Assembly (NCBI GenBank): GCA_045863235.1
Contig: BTUM01000121.1
Coordinates: 1 to 18,326, forward strand
Direction of reading: 5' to 3'
Length of the DNA: 18,326 bases
Origin: Candidatus Xenobia bacterium
GTDB lineage: Bacteria; Vulcanimicrobiota; Xenobia; Xenobiales; QWHO01
Shown here piece by piece: positions 1-10,600 of the stretch; position 1 is the first letter of the stretch, and each line of letters opens with the position of its first letter. The notes beneath the pieces were generated by a model, which had not been told where the DNA came from, ran no database searches, and saw only the letters and a list, made by a program, of their open reading frames with translations. The position numbers and the translations under genes were made by a program.

Positions 1-250
1 CGGGCCCGCGCCCCAGCCTTCTGTGCCGCCGACCCGGCCCTCCTCCGGGCCCGCGTCCCAGCCTTCTGAGCCGCCGACCCGGCCCTTCTCCGGGCCCGCG
101 CCCCAGCCTTCTGTGCCGCCAGCCTGGCCCTCTGGGCCCGCTCCCCAGCCTTCTGTGCCGCCGACCCGGCCCTCCTCCGGGCCCGCGCCCCAGCCTTCTG
201 TGCCGCCGACCCGGCCCTCCTCCGGGCCGGCGCCCCAGCCTTCTGTGCCG
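1..250 (+). repeat. 45-bp coding tandem repeat (about 5.6 copies, one 42-bp unit)
   Basis: Unit cgggcccgcgccccagccttctgtgccgccgacccggccctcctc starts at 1, 46, 91 (42 bp), 133, 178 and partially at 223. Confidence 0.95.
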
Positions 251-1426
251 GCGTCTGCGCCTGTGTCGCGCCAACCTTCGACATCCCCGGTTTTGACCGC
301 CCTGGTGGCGGCGCTGGTCGTCCTGGCCGTGCTGATGGGCGGCGGCTACCTGACCTACCGATTCCTGCCACCACTGCTGGCTTCGTGGAAGGCGTCGACG
401 CCCACGCCCACGCCCACGCTCACCCCTGCAGCCACCGAAACCACCCCCACCCCGACACCCGGCGAACCCACATTCACCCCCACTGTGGCGCCGGCCACTG
501 CCCCCTCCCCCTCCCCGGAGTCGACCGTGCCGCCCTTGGAGGCCTTCGCAGGCGAATGGACGAACCCCGAAACCCCCGACCACCGCCTCCGGCTGACCAT
601 CGAGCAGGAGACTCTGGTGGCTCGGATTGAGGAAGAGAATGCGGTGGTGCGGTTGGCCCGTCTCGACCCGGAAGACAGCACCCTCCACGGGTCCTATAGT
701 CCCTCGGGCGAGGCCAGCGTGCCGATGACGGCCGAGCTTTCTTCCGACCGGTCCAGGATGACTCTCACCCTGGCTCCGCCTCAGAGCGAGTTCGAGCGCG
801 CCGTACTGGTCCGTCCCGAGAGCCTCCCCGGCAACATCCCCGGGATCGAGGAAATTGACCGGTCCGACCCGGAGTCCTACCTGCCGGTGCTCCACCAGCG
901 ATTTGTCTATGAGATGCATTATCCTGACGGAGACAGCGGAACCCTGGAGGTCGTGACCAGCAGCCTGGACGATCAGGTGGCTCGAAGCGAGCTGGAGATA
1001 GCGACCAGCCGCCTTTACCCTGACTCGGGTCCGCGAACGGACGTCTTCCACTACTTCAGCGACCAGACCGGCCTGCGTCGGGTTTTGGACGTGCGCCCCG
1101 ATGCCGACGAGATCTGGCTGCCCGCCCAGCTGGTCAGCGGGATGAGTTGGAGGACCGAGGGATGGTTCTGCCGGGTGCTGCTCATGCGGGCACCGGTCGA
1201 CCTGGGATTCGTCCGGCTCAACTGCCTCAAAGTGCAGCGCGACAATCCCGCGGTGGGTGTTTCAGAGATCGCCTACTTGGCGCCCGGATACGGCGAGGTG
1301 CTCGTCAAACTCGATGGTGCCGAGGCCAAGAAGCTGCTTCGAATCGAGAGCCTCGACCCGGACCAGGCGACTAGTCTGGTGCGCGAGCACAGCCAGCACC
1401 TCCAGGACGTCAAGAAGCGCCGTTAA
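2..1426 (+). CDS. 5'-truncated membrane-anchored protein: Pro-rich repeats, one TM helix, Thr/Pro linker, putative extracytoplasmic domains (possibly the C-terminal part of a Ser/Thr kinase)
   Basis: The frame is open from the window edge (GPAPQPSV...), so the GTG at 23 is probably not the real start. PPTRPSSGPAPQPSV repeats precede a hydrophobic segment VLTALVAALVVLAVLMGGGYLTY (~289-358), a TPTPTP linker and globular-looking sequence to TAA at 1426. The kinase idea is architectural inference only, since no kinase motif lies in the window. Confidence 0.8.
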   Translation, partial: GPAPQPSVPPTRPSSGPASQPSEPPTRPFSGPAPQPSVPPAWPSGPAPQPSVPPTRPSSGPAPQPSVPPTRPSSGPAPQPSVPASAPVSRQPSTSPVLTALVAALVVLAVLMGGGYLTYRFLPPLLASWKASTPTPTPTLTPAATETTPTPTPGEPTFTPTVAPATAPSPSPESTVPPLEAFAGEWTNPETPDHRLRLTIEQETLVARIEEENAVVRLARLDPEDSTLHGSYSPSGEASVPMTAELSSDRSRMTLTLAPPQSEFERAVLVRPESLPGNIPGIEEIDRSDPESYLPVLHQRFVYEMHYPDGDSGTLEVVTSSLDDQVARSELEIATSRLYPDSGPRTDVFHYFSDQTGLRRVLDVRPDADEIWLPAQLVSGMSWRTEGWFCRVLLMRAPVDLGFVRLNCLKVQRDNPAVGVSEIAYLAPGYGEVLVKLDGAEAKKLLRIESLDPDQATSLVREHSQHLQDVKKRR

Positions 1427-1648
1427 GTCTCGCACCCGGCGCAAGCGAGATGAGGCTGTCTCCAGCGAGAAAGCATCTGTGCCTGTCGCTGGTCGATTCT
1501 AGCCCTTCTCCGATCATAATCGCTGAATAAATACCGAAACTGTCGAATCGGGGAGGAATCCAAATCCCCCGTCCGAAACCCGCTCGGCCACTATGAGCCG
1601 AGCCCCGTCTGATAGCCTGGCAAATGCTCAAACGGAGGTAGTCAAGCT

Positions 1649-3865
1649 ATGCCAAGGACGTTCAGAATGTTGCTCTTGCTCCTGGTCGCCGCCTGGGTGA
1701 CCGGATGCAGCAGTGACGAGTTTGTCGATGTCGCCGGAGGGCGAGTCGTCGTCCCCCCCCCGGCCCCGCCTGCGCCCGGAGTCACCCTGAACGCGATCGC
1801 GGTGACTCCTGACGGGGTGGGCGTGGCCCCGCGCCAGACTCAGCAGTTCACTGCAACAGGCACCTTCAGTGACGGGACCACCCAGAACCTGACCAGCCAG
1901 GCCACCTGGACCAGCTCCGACGCGGCCATCGGCACGGTGGACCCGCTGGGCCTGGCCACCGCGGTGGCCACCGGCACCACCACCTTGACGGCCACCGTGG
2001 GCACCATCAGCGGCTCGGCCAATTTCCAGGTGGTGGGCAGCTCTACCATCACCGTCAACCACATCCTGGTGGCGGCCAAAGCCATCCCTTCCAATGTGAC
2101 CGACGTCACTGGCATCGGCAAGACCGAGCAAGGCGCGGTCGTCTACTCCCAGCAGCAGCCGATCGCCGTCCAGAACATCTTTACCGGCGTTCCCATCAAC
2201 GTCACCTCGTGGACTCTCGAATATCGGGCCAATGGGACGCTGGTGGGCACCTTCATCGTGGCCGTCACCCTGACCGAGGGCGGCAACCTGGTGATCAACG
2301 ACCCCGACTTCACCGACGCCCCCCCGGCGGCGACCTCGCTTCGCTTCCTCAAGAATCCCACCAACGGCATCCCCGGCCAGCCCCTGGTGCAGGTGGACGT
2401 GCAGGTGCTCGATCAGTTCGGCAATCTCTTTACCACCCCGGTGAACGTGACCCTGGCACTGGGCACCAATCCGGCCGGCGCCACTCTGGCCGGCACCCTC
2501 ACTCAGGCCAGCGTCAACGGCATGGCCAGCTTCAACGACCTTTCCATCAACGTGGCGGGCACGGGCTTTCAGTTCCTGGCCACCGCCCCCACCCTGGCCA
2601 ACCGGCTCTCGCAGGCCTTCGACGTGCGCTCGCCGGACGACCCGGTCGACTCCGGCCAGAGCTTCCTGACCTTCCTCTACGGCTGTATCCCCGGCGTGGC
2701 CGTGATTGTGCCTCCGGCTGCCACCTGCCTGTGGGACCTGGACCTGGGCATGACTCTCCAGGATGGCTTCGAGGATACCTGGGATGGCGCCATGAATTTG
2801 GGTGTTGGGGGAGTCGTGTTTCCCTTCGACCAGACTTACCTCGGGCTCTCCTTTCTGACCCCGCTTCTGACCCCTCCAGGCCCCGGGGTGGGCACCCAGC
2901 GCCCGGCCGTTGACGGCATCTTCAGCGCCTTTTTCGCCCCGGTCGTGTTCAATGGCATCTCGCAAACCATCGACCTGACCGGCTCGGCGGCTCCCATCAA
3001 CCTGACCTGGACGGACGAGGTGATCGGGGGCGGGACGATCTTCGGCTCCGAGCCGTTCAACTACCAGGTGGTCATCCGCGATACCAGCGGCAACCTGCTC
3101 GCGACCGCCTTCACGAGCGGCGGGCCCTTCGCCCTGACCAACCAGACCTTCAATCTGGACGCCTTTGCCGGCCAGACCATCGTGATCGCCTGGGAGGTGA
3201 CCAACTACACTCCTGACGACGACGAGGACCACGCTCAGCTTGACGCCGTCTCCATCCTGGATGGCTCGGGCACGGAGCGCGTCACCAACGGAAGCTTCGA
3301 GACCGGCAACCTGAATGGCTGGACGACCACGGTCAACCCGCAGTCCCAGAACATCATGTCGGCGGCCCGCACGGTCAACGGCCTGGACGTGACCCGCACG
3401 GTCTACTCGCGGCCCGATCGCCCCTGGATGCGCTACTACGATGAGTTCATCAACAATACCGGCGCGCCCATCATGACCACCATCGAGTACCGCAGCAATC
3501 TGGGCTCGGACGGCGACGGAGTCAGCGTCCTGGTGCCCAACACGGGCAATCGGGCCGTAGTCTCCAGCGACACCGATCTGGAAGATGGCGACAGCGATCT
3601 CGGCTTCGTGTTCGGTTCGGGGGCCACGCTGGTGGCCTTCACGCCCGGCACCGGCAACATCGACTGGGACTACACCGTCACTGTCAACCCCGGCCAGACC
3701 ATCGCCTTCTGCGTCTTCGTGCTGCAGGACGGCGAGCGCAGCCTGGGCGCCTTCCCCACCCGACTCGGCAACGAGGCGGTCGACATCGTCACCAACTTCC
3801 GCCGCAATCCGATCTTCCTGGACGGCCTGAGCGCCGCCCAGCAGGCCCGGATCCAGAACCTCTAA
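1649..3865 (+). CDS. Surface lipoprotein with Ig-like (Big_2-type) domain and further beta-sandwich/CBM-like domains
   Basis: SD GGAGGT at 1634-1639. Signal peptide II with lipobox VTGC (Cys20). Big_2-like signature IAVTP...QQFTATGTFSDGTTQNLTSQATWTSSD...VDPLGLATAVATGTTTLTAT. A second Ig-like segment (VQVDVQVLDQFGN...GMASFNDLSIN) and an NGSFETGNLNGW motif follow. Confidence 0.9.
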   Translation: MPRTFRMLLLLLVAAWVTGCSSDEFVDVAGGRVVVPPPAPPAPGVTLNAIAVTPDGVGVAPRQTQQFTATGTFSDGTTQNLTSQATWTSSDAAIGTVDPLGLATAVATGTTTLTATVGTISGSANFQVVGSSTITVNHILVAAKAIPSNVTDVTGIGKTEQGAVVYSQQQPIAVQNIFTGVPINVTSWTLEYRANGTLVGTFIVAVTLTEGGNLVINDPDFTDAPPAATSLRFLKNPTNGIPGQPLVQVDVQVLDQFGNLFTTPVNVTLALGTNPAGATLAGTLTQASVNGMASFNDLSINVAGTGFQFLATAPTLANRLSQAFDVRSPDDPVDSGQSFLTFLYGCIPGVAVIVPPAATCLWDLDLGMTLQDGFEDTWDGAMNLGVGGVVFPFDQTYLGLSFLTPLLTPPGPGVGTQRPAVDGIFSAFFAPVVFNGISQTIDLTGSAAPINLTWTDEVIGGGTIFGSEPFNYQVVIRDTSGNLLATAFTSGGPFALTNQTFNLDAFAGQTIVIAWEVTNYTPDDDEDHAQLDAVSILDGSGTERVTNGSFETGNLNGWTTTVNPQSQNIMSAARTVNGLDVTRTVYSRPDRPWMRYYDEFINNTGAPIMTTIEYRSNLGSDGDGVSVLVPNTGNRAVVSSDTDLEDGDSDLGFVFGSGATLVAFTPGTGNIDWDYTVTVNPGQTIAFCVFVLQDGERSLGAFPTRLGNEAVDIVTNFRRNPIFLDGLSAAQQARIQNL

Positions 3866-3876
3866 GGTTCTCGAAA

Positions 3877-3910
3877 AAGGGCGGCCCGGAAACCGGGCCG
3901 CCCTTCTTTC
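3877..3910 (+). terminator. Intrinsic terminator, possibly bidirectional
   Basis: Perfect inverted repeat aagggcggcccgg-aaa-ccgggccgccctt (3877-3905) followed by ctttc and preceded by an A-run, 11 nt after the stop at 3865. Confidence 0.85.
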
Positions 3911-4079
3911 ATGCCCAGGGGAACAGCTGCCGGCAATCCGGGCCGGTTCCAATTGCGCCGTGGTGGCCGCCGAGGCGCCGCCCGAGCCGTTCGCTGGAGG
4001 ATGGGCTCTCACAGGTCGGCCGGAGGGAACAGTTTAACCGGGTGCGAAGGTCGCTGCATCGATGCTTTGGGGGGCGGCC

Positions 4080-4685
4080 GTGAGAGTCTTTCTACTCCTT
4101 CTTTTCGTTTCAGCGATCGTATCGGCGGGGTGCTCCAAGCCGCCTCCACCTCCCCAGCTCTCCCCGGAGCAGCAGCAGGCCGAGGAGACCAGGTCCCGCC
4201 TGGGAGGGTTGGCCACAAGCGATCTGATGCAGGACCAGGAGGCCATCCAGGCCATTCTGAACAGCCGTTACACGGGCGCCGATCTGAAAGGAAGTCGAGG
4301 CGGGGTCCTGCCCCTGAAAACCCCCATCAAGGCGCTCAAGAGCGGTGGCTACGAGGTTGGCTTCGAGTTCCCCGTCCCCGAGGGGAGGATCATCCTCCCC
4401 GCCAACGCCACCGTTGAGTCCTACCGCAAGAAGCTCCAGACCGAGAAGCTGACCGTGGTGGGCAAGGTGTTGACGGCCCTGGCCCACCGCAAGGTGAAGA
4501 AGGTCTTCATTCGCTACGAGATGAGCGGTATCTATGAGACCGGCCACCTGGACATGGCCAGGGTCGAGAGCGACCTGGCCAGGCGCAAGCTCGAGCCGGG
4601 CCAACCGGTGAAAGGCGAGGAGCTGCTTCCCTTCTACGTGGTGGACGGCTCCAACTGGAGCTCGGCTAAACTTTTCCAGCGCTGA
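4080..4685 (+). CDS. Hypothetical lipoprotein
   Basis: GTG at 4080 after a G-rich SD-like run gives MRVFLLLLFVSAIVSAGC (lipobox SAGC), then a PPPPP linker and a globular region. The in-frame ATG at 4062 is an alternative start. Confidence 0.75.
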   Translation: MRVFLLLLFVSAIVSAGCSKPPPPPQLSPEQQQAEETRSRLGGLATSDLMQDQEAIQAILNSRYTGADLKGSRGGVLPLKTPIKALKSGGYEVGFEFPVPEGRIILPANATVESYRKKLQTEKLTVVGKVLTALAHRKVKKVFIRYEMSGIYETGHLDMARVESDLARRKLEPGQPVKGEELLPFYVVDGSNWSSAKLFQR

Positions 4686-4698
4686 GGACCGGGCCACT

Positions 4699-7600
4699 TC
4701 ACCGCTTCGGCACCACCCGCAAGAGCGGCACCTGCTGCACCTGGGCCAGCCCCCGCCGCACCAGCTCCTCCAGCGCGGGGGTCAGGCGCTGAAGCTGGGT
4801 GTACTCCCCTCCCACCAGCCGCACCAAGGTCCTGGCCAGCTCGGCCGAGTCCAACCCTTTGTGCAGCGCCTCGCGCAGGCGGTGCAGCGCCTCCTGCGGG
4901 GGCAACCCGTCCGGCAGCTTGTAGCCCGGATCGCGCAACACCAGGCGCACCGCCTCCAGGTGGCAGGCCAGCTCCTGCTCGCCCAGGGCCTGCTCCACCT
5001 CGCGCACGCTCCGTTCCACCGGACGCACCGAGGCGGCGCCTCCCCAGGCCCCGCCCGGACGCGGCAGCGAGGGCCCCGGCACGCTCACGGGCGGCGCCTC
5101 GGCGTGCGGGCGCAGCGGTCCGCCGGTGGCCGACATGATGCCGTCGAGAGGCATGAGCACCGGGCCGCGGGTGCTCTCCAGGAAGGCCACCGCGAACAGG
5201 TGGTCGGGACGGTCCACCCGTCCGAGATCGAGGGCCCAGCCGGTGCCCACCAGGGCGGGCACGCCGGCGTGGCGCAAGAGCTCCACCAGCATGATGTTCA
5301 GCTCGTAGCACACTCCGTGACCGAGCTTGCCGGGCGCGCGACGGCCGTGCAGCACGGCCAGGTGGTGGTTGCCCTGTCCCGGTAGCAGACTGGCCAGGCG
5401 CTGGCGCGCCTCGGGATGCTCGAGGTAGTCGCGGTCGTAGACGTAGTGCTGCTGGACCATCTCCTCGGCCGCCAGGGCCCGCTCCCACGGGGTCAGCTTG
5501 CGGACGCTCTCGAGCCACTCGCGTGCCTCGCCGGGTAGCTCGGCCACCGGCAGCGTGGGGCGCAGCCAGGCCGGGGGCGCTTCGGGAGCTCCCCCGGTCA
5601 GCCGGGGCGGATCCAGCACCTCCACCTGGTAGCGGAAGGCTCCCGAAGTGCGTAGCCGGACCCGCAGCTCGTAGCCGGCCGCGCGCTCGGCCCCCGCGAA
5701 CGGCACCACTCGTGTGAAGAAGGGCAGCGGCAGGCGGTTCACCCCCGCCTCCAGCTTGCCGCTGAAGCTGATGGTGCGGCCGGTGGGCTCGCCCTCGGCC
5801 AGGCCCGCCAGATAGGTCGGATCGGCCGGCAGCCAGCGCTGGCTGCCGGGGTCGAAGCTGCCCGCCAGGCAGTGCAGGGCGAAGACGTAGGGGCGCGGTA
5901 CCCCGGGAGGTTGATAGTCCAGGCCCACCGGCGGGACCCTGGCGGCCAGCTCAGCCAGGCGCGCGCGGGTGCCCCAGAGCTGGGTGCCGATGCCGGTCAT
6001 CGGGGCGAAGGGGTTGCCCCCGGTGGCCCAGGCGGGCAGCTGGCTGGCCAGGCGGACCAGCTCCTGCTCGCCGACCGGGGGCTGCTCGTCGGAAGGGGTG
6101 GTCAGCTCCGAGAACCAGCCCACCAGCCGGTTCCAGAGGGTGGGCTCGCCGGGCTCCTGGGCCGGGGGAGAGGTCTGGCGGGCTACCATGATCGGCACCG
6201 GCGGGGGAGGCGTCTCCACCGGCGCCGGCGGGGCCTTGATGCTGTCCAGCGAGGGGGCGCTCAGGACGTCGGTAAGGGCCTGGCGCAGCTCTTTCGAGGG
6301 CGCTTCGACCCCTGCCAGCAGGCGCTCTACCGCCTGATCGACCGTCAGCCCCGGGGGCAGCTCCTGCCAGCGGGCCGGATCGAGCTCGGGGAAACGGGCC
6401 GCCAGCCGGCGCTCCAGGCCGAAATCGAGCACCTCGCTGATGCGCTCGCTCACCCGGTCCACCGGCTCGTCCTCGCCACGCGGGAAGTGGCGCTGGTCGA
6501 GGTAGGCGTCCATGGCCTCGCGGCTGACCAGGGGCAGGAGGATCTCCAGGATGTCCACCAGCTGCTCCTCGCCCGGGCCCTGGTAGACGCACGGCAACAG
6601 TCCCTGGGCCAGCCCGGTGAGGGGGGCCTCGGGCCGCTCGGCCAGGGAGGCGTCCACCAGAAGCTCGCGAGCGTCCGGATGGTAGGCGCCCCGCGCCTGC
6701 ACCGGCACCGAGCCCACCCCTTTGAGCCGGTAGGTCACCTTCAGTCCCGCGATGGCCCGGATGCGCCCGCTCTGGGCCACCGGCCGCAGGCGCTGCTGAT
6801 CCACCCAGTGGTCGGGCGAAAGCTGAGTGCGCTGGCGGCGCACCCGCTCGAGCACCCCCACCAGCGAGCGCAGGGCGGTGCGCAGGCGGGCGATCCCCGT
6901 CGGGCACTGCTCGGTCACGTCCTGGCCGCCCGCCCCCAGCTCCACCGTGAACCCATCGCGCAGGCTGGGCAGGCCCATGGCGGCGTGGAAGGCCTCCACC
7001 TCCTCGCGCCCTTCCACCGGACCGGTCCAGGCCACGTAGAGCTTGCCGGCCTTCTCGAAGAGGCGCTCCAGGGTGGGGGTGTCGGAGCAGAACAGCCCCG
7101 GGTGCCTGGCGGAAAGCAGCACCCGTTCGCCACCAGGACGCTGCTCGGCCAGGATCACGGCCAGGGCGGGATCCACGGGATTGGGCCCCAGGTTGCTCAA
7201 ACGCCGATAGCAGGCCAGCAGCATGCGGGCCAGGGGGCGCTCCTTGCGCAACTGGTCGCGCGGGCCGTCGGCCACCTCCTGCAAGAACTCGCGCACCACC
7301 TGGGGCGAGATCTCGCCCGGGATCGAGAAGGCCCGGCACAGCTCGGGACAGTTGGCATAGCCGCGCTCCCAGTAGCCGCGGCGCTCGCCGAAGAGGGCGA
7401 AGGCGTGGGTGCCCAGCACCCGGTTGGGGGCATACCACTGGCCGTCGTCGGTGTAGACCCAGCGCTTGTTTGCCAGCCGGCGGCGCAGCTCTTCCGGGCC
7501 AACCTGGCCCTGTACCAGACGCGCTTCCAGCCACTGGTAGACCCGAAACGAGACGGCTCGCTGCTGGTCCAGGTTGGCCAGCACCGCCTCCAGCTCCACC

Positions 7601-10600
7601 GCCGTGCGCAGCCCCAGGAGGCCCATCAGCTCTTCGCCCAGCAGGGCGGCCAGGGCGCGGTCGGGATAGTGGCGGGGATGGTCCCCGATCAGCGCCTCCA
7701 CCTCGGCGTCCGGCAGATAGAGCTCAAACGGCCTGCGGGGAGCGCCCAGCCCGTCGGGAAGCCAGGGGTCGTGCTTGAAGTTGCTCACCTTGTCCAGCCA
7801 GGAAGGCCCGTGGCGGCGCACCATCACGCTGACCAGCCGGGCCAGCCCGCGGGCCGTCTCGCTGCGCCGGGGGCGCGAGAAGACGGCCATCAGCACGCTC
7901 AGGGGGGGGATCTCGGCCAGCTCCAGGTGGCGCACCAGGTCGGGCTCGTAGTGGGTGGCCAGCAGGTAGTCTCCCGTCTCGAAGACCTGCCCCAGCGCCT
8001 CCTCCAGCTCTGAGTCCGAGCGCACTACCTCGTGAGCGGGGCGGTAGCGCCCCCGCCGGTCCTCGAGCGGGAAATCGTTGCCCAAAAGGCGACGCACCTC
8101 GGCCTGGGAACGATCCTTCAGGGTCTCTTGCAGAAACTCGAAGAGCTGCTGGGCCCGTTCTTTCAGCCCGGTGGAGGCGGCCTTGCGGTAAGCCGGCAGC
8201 ACGTGCACGCCCACCAGTTCGTCGAGCGGCGGCAGCCCCACCCCCAGCTGGCGCTTGAGCACGGCCCGCAGTTCGGCGGGGATCTCCTCGTGCGCTCGCC
8301 AGTCCACCCCCAGGTCGGGCAGGCGATCCTCCAGCACCAGCTGGTCGGCCGCCAGCAGCGAGCCCTTCTCGGTGCGCCAGAAGGGATGCTCGGTCAAGAG
8401 CTGGCGGGCCGGGCCCGAGGAGAACACCTCTCCTTCGCGCTGCAGCAACAGCCGATAGAAGCGCTGGCGTCGGTCCGCGTCCGAGAGCCACTCTCGGGGA
8501 GGCACCTGGGCCAGCCCGGAGAGCACCTGCTCCACCGGCAGGACGGCCAGGCCCAGCTGTTCGCGCAGATCGAGCGGGGTGACCTGGCGGCGGGCCGCCC
8601 AGGGCAGCAGCTCCATGGCTTCCGGGTCGCAGTAGGTCAGCCGCTCGATGCGCAGGCAGCCCGTGCCGTCCACCAGGGGCACCCCCGGACCGGGGCCCAG
8701 GTAGCTGGCCACCCGCATCACCCTCTCGGGGCTGTTGAGGAAGGCCGGCTGCTCGCTCAAGACCTGGCCCGGCCGAGCGCGAGAGAAAACCTCTTCGCGC
8801 ACCACCTCGCGAGCGTCCAGCGGACGGGCCAGGCGGGGCAAGAGCTCGGCCGCTCGGGGCAGCAGCAGGCGGTCTTCCAGGTGCTTGCGGTCGGGGAAGA
8901 GCTCGAGCACGCCTTCCTCGATCAAGGCCTCGCGCGCGCTGGTGCGGCCCCCATTTCGGGTGGGCCATACGCGCAGGCTCTCGAAATCGCCCCCCGGCAG
9001 GGGATCGACCGCGAACAGCTCCAGGAAGAGCAACAGCTTCTCGGGGCGGAGCAGTGTTTCGGGCGGGTTCCGGCGGTAGACCTCCAGAGCCTCGCGGGTG
9101 CCCCGGGCCTCCTGCAGCACCTTGCGGGCTCCGCTCTCGAAGTCGGGGTGCAGCAGACGCAGCTGGCCCTCGAAGAGCGGCTGCCAGCGCTCTTCGAAAA
9201 GCTGCACCTCGGCCAGCGTGCCCGGCTTCCCGCTGCGGTCGTAGAACAGGCTCAGCTCCTGGCAGTGGGCCGCCTCGGCGGCCGAGAGCTGGCGGGGGTC
9301 GAGCCAGTCGAGCACCTCCAGGGCGTGCTCGCGCTCGAGCTTGTGGCCCACCAGGTCGAGCAACAGATCCCCCGGCTTGAGGCGCGGGACGCGCTCGAGC
9401 TGGCCCAGCTTCACCAGCAGCCTGGCTCCCGGGCTGGCCTCATCCAGGAAAGGTCGCTGCAGCGGCCCGCGGTAGAGCTTTCGCAGGGGCTCGTCGGCCA
9501 GGCAGAGCTCGCTGAGGGGCCGCACCTGGCCCTGGTGGTCGGCCATCCGTCCCCACCCCAGCAAGCGGTTCACGGCCGCCGTGGTCAGCTCGTCGGAGTG
9601 CTCGAGCAAGAACTCCAGGGCCTCGGGCAGGTCCAGTCGGCTGACCAGCTCGTCCACCCCCACCGGCTCGGGGGTCAGGGCTCGCACGTGCTCGTAGTCG
9701 GTCAGGTCGGGATGGAGCATGCGGTGGCGGGGCAAGAGCTCGGCCAGCTCGGGGTGGGTGGCCCGGCGAACCTCCGCCAGCGAGCCCAGCTTGCCCTGGC
9801 GGTCGCGCCAGAGGGGCATGCGAGCGAGCTCGCGCAGGGCCCGCTCGCTGACCTCCTGCCAGCCCTGCTCGAGCAGCTCGTGGGGGATCTCGTCCAGGCG
9901 GCCGGCATTCAGGTCGCTGACCAGCACGCCGAAGTCGAGCGACACCGGACGCCAGGCCGGCATGGGCCGATCCAAGAGCGGCCGCTTGCCGCGGTAGTGC
10001 GCGGCCAGGGCCTCGTGGCCGGGCACTACCGCGCCCGTCCAGTCGTCCGACAGCAGGGCCAGGGGGTGGCGCTGGTCGTCCTGGCAGGGGAAAAGAGGCA
10101 GCCGGCAGGCTCGCAGGCGCACCTCGGGAGCGGCCTCGCTCAAGACCTGGAGGGCCAGGTCGGGGTCGGCCACCGGCATGCCCTGCTCCAGGTCCTGTAC
10201 CAGGTCTGCAGCGGTCAGCCGGCGCGCTCCCTGCTCTTCCAGGAAGCGGTGGCCGTCGAGCCAGGCCGGGGCGAAGCGCTCGGGCGGATAGAGCCGACGC
10301 AGCTCGCTCGAGCCCAGGCATACCTCGGCCGGACAGCGCCCTCCCGGCAGCAATCTCACCCGGCTCACGTCGCGCCCGGCCAGCAGGGCAAAGAGCTTGT
10401 CCCAGCGCGGGTCTTCCTGCCAGGGCGGGGGCATGCTGGCCAGCAGCTCCTCGATACCAAAAAGCGGCACTCCCAGCGTCTTCTCGGCCACCTCGCGCCG
10501 GCGCCCCTCCAGCGAGCGGTGAGCGGGGTCGAGCGCGAGGTCGGCGATCTCCGGGCTGGTCAGCCACAGCTCGGCGGGACGTTTCCCGTCCAGGCAGGGG

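Noticed and set aside
1493..1520. Sigma70 promoter (TCGATT-N16-CATAAT) upstream of the Ig-like lipoprotein
   Set aside because: The -35 match and spacing are weak. It is plausible but not supportable from sequence alone.
1628..4012. 794-aa minus-strand ORF
   Set aside because: Antisense shadow of the lipoprotein gene, which has an SD, a lipobox, domain motifs and a terminator. Such shadows are typical of high-GC DNA.
4699..5100. C-terminal DUF3883/NOV_C nuclease in the giant protein
   Set aside because: No GYD...IEVK-type motif was seen. The C-terminal region carries the transglutaminase-like core and a helical tail instead.
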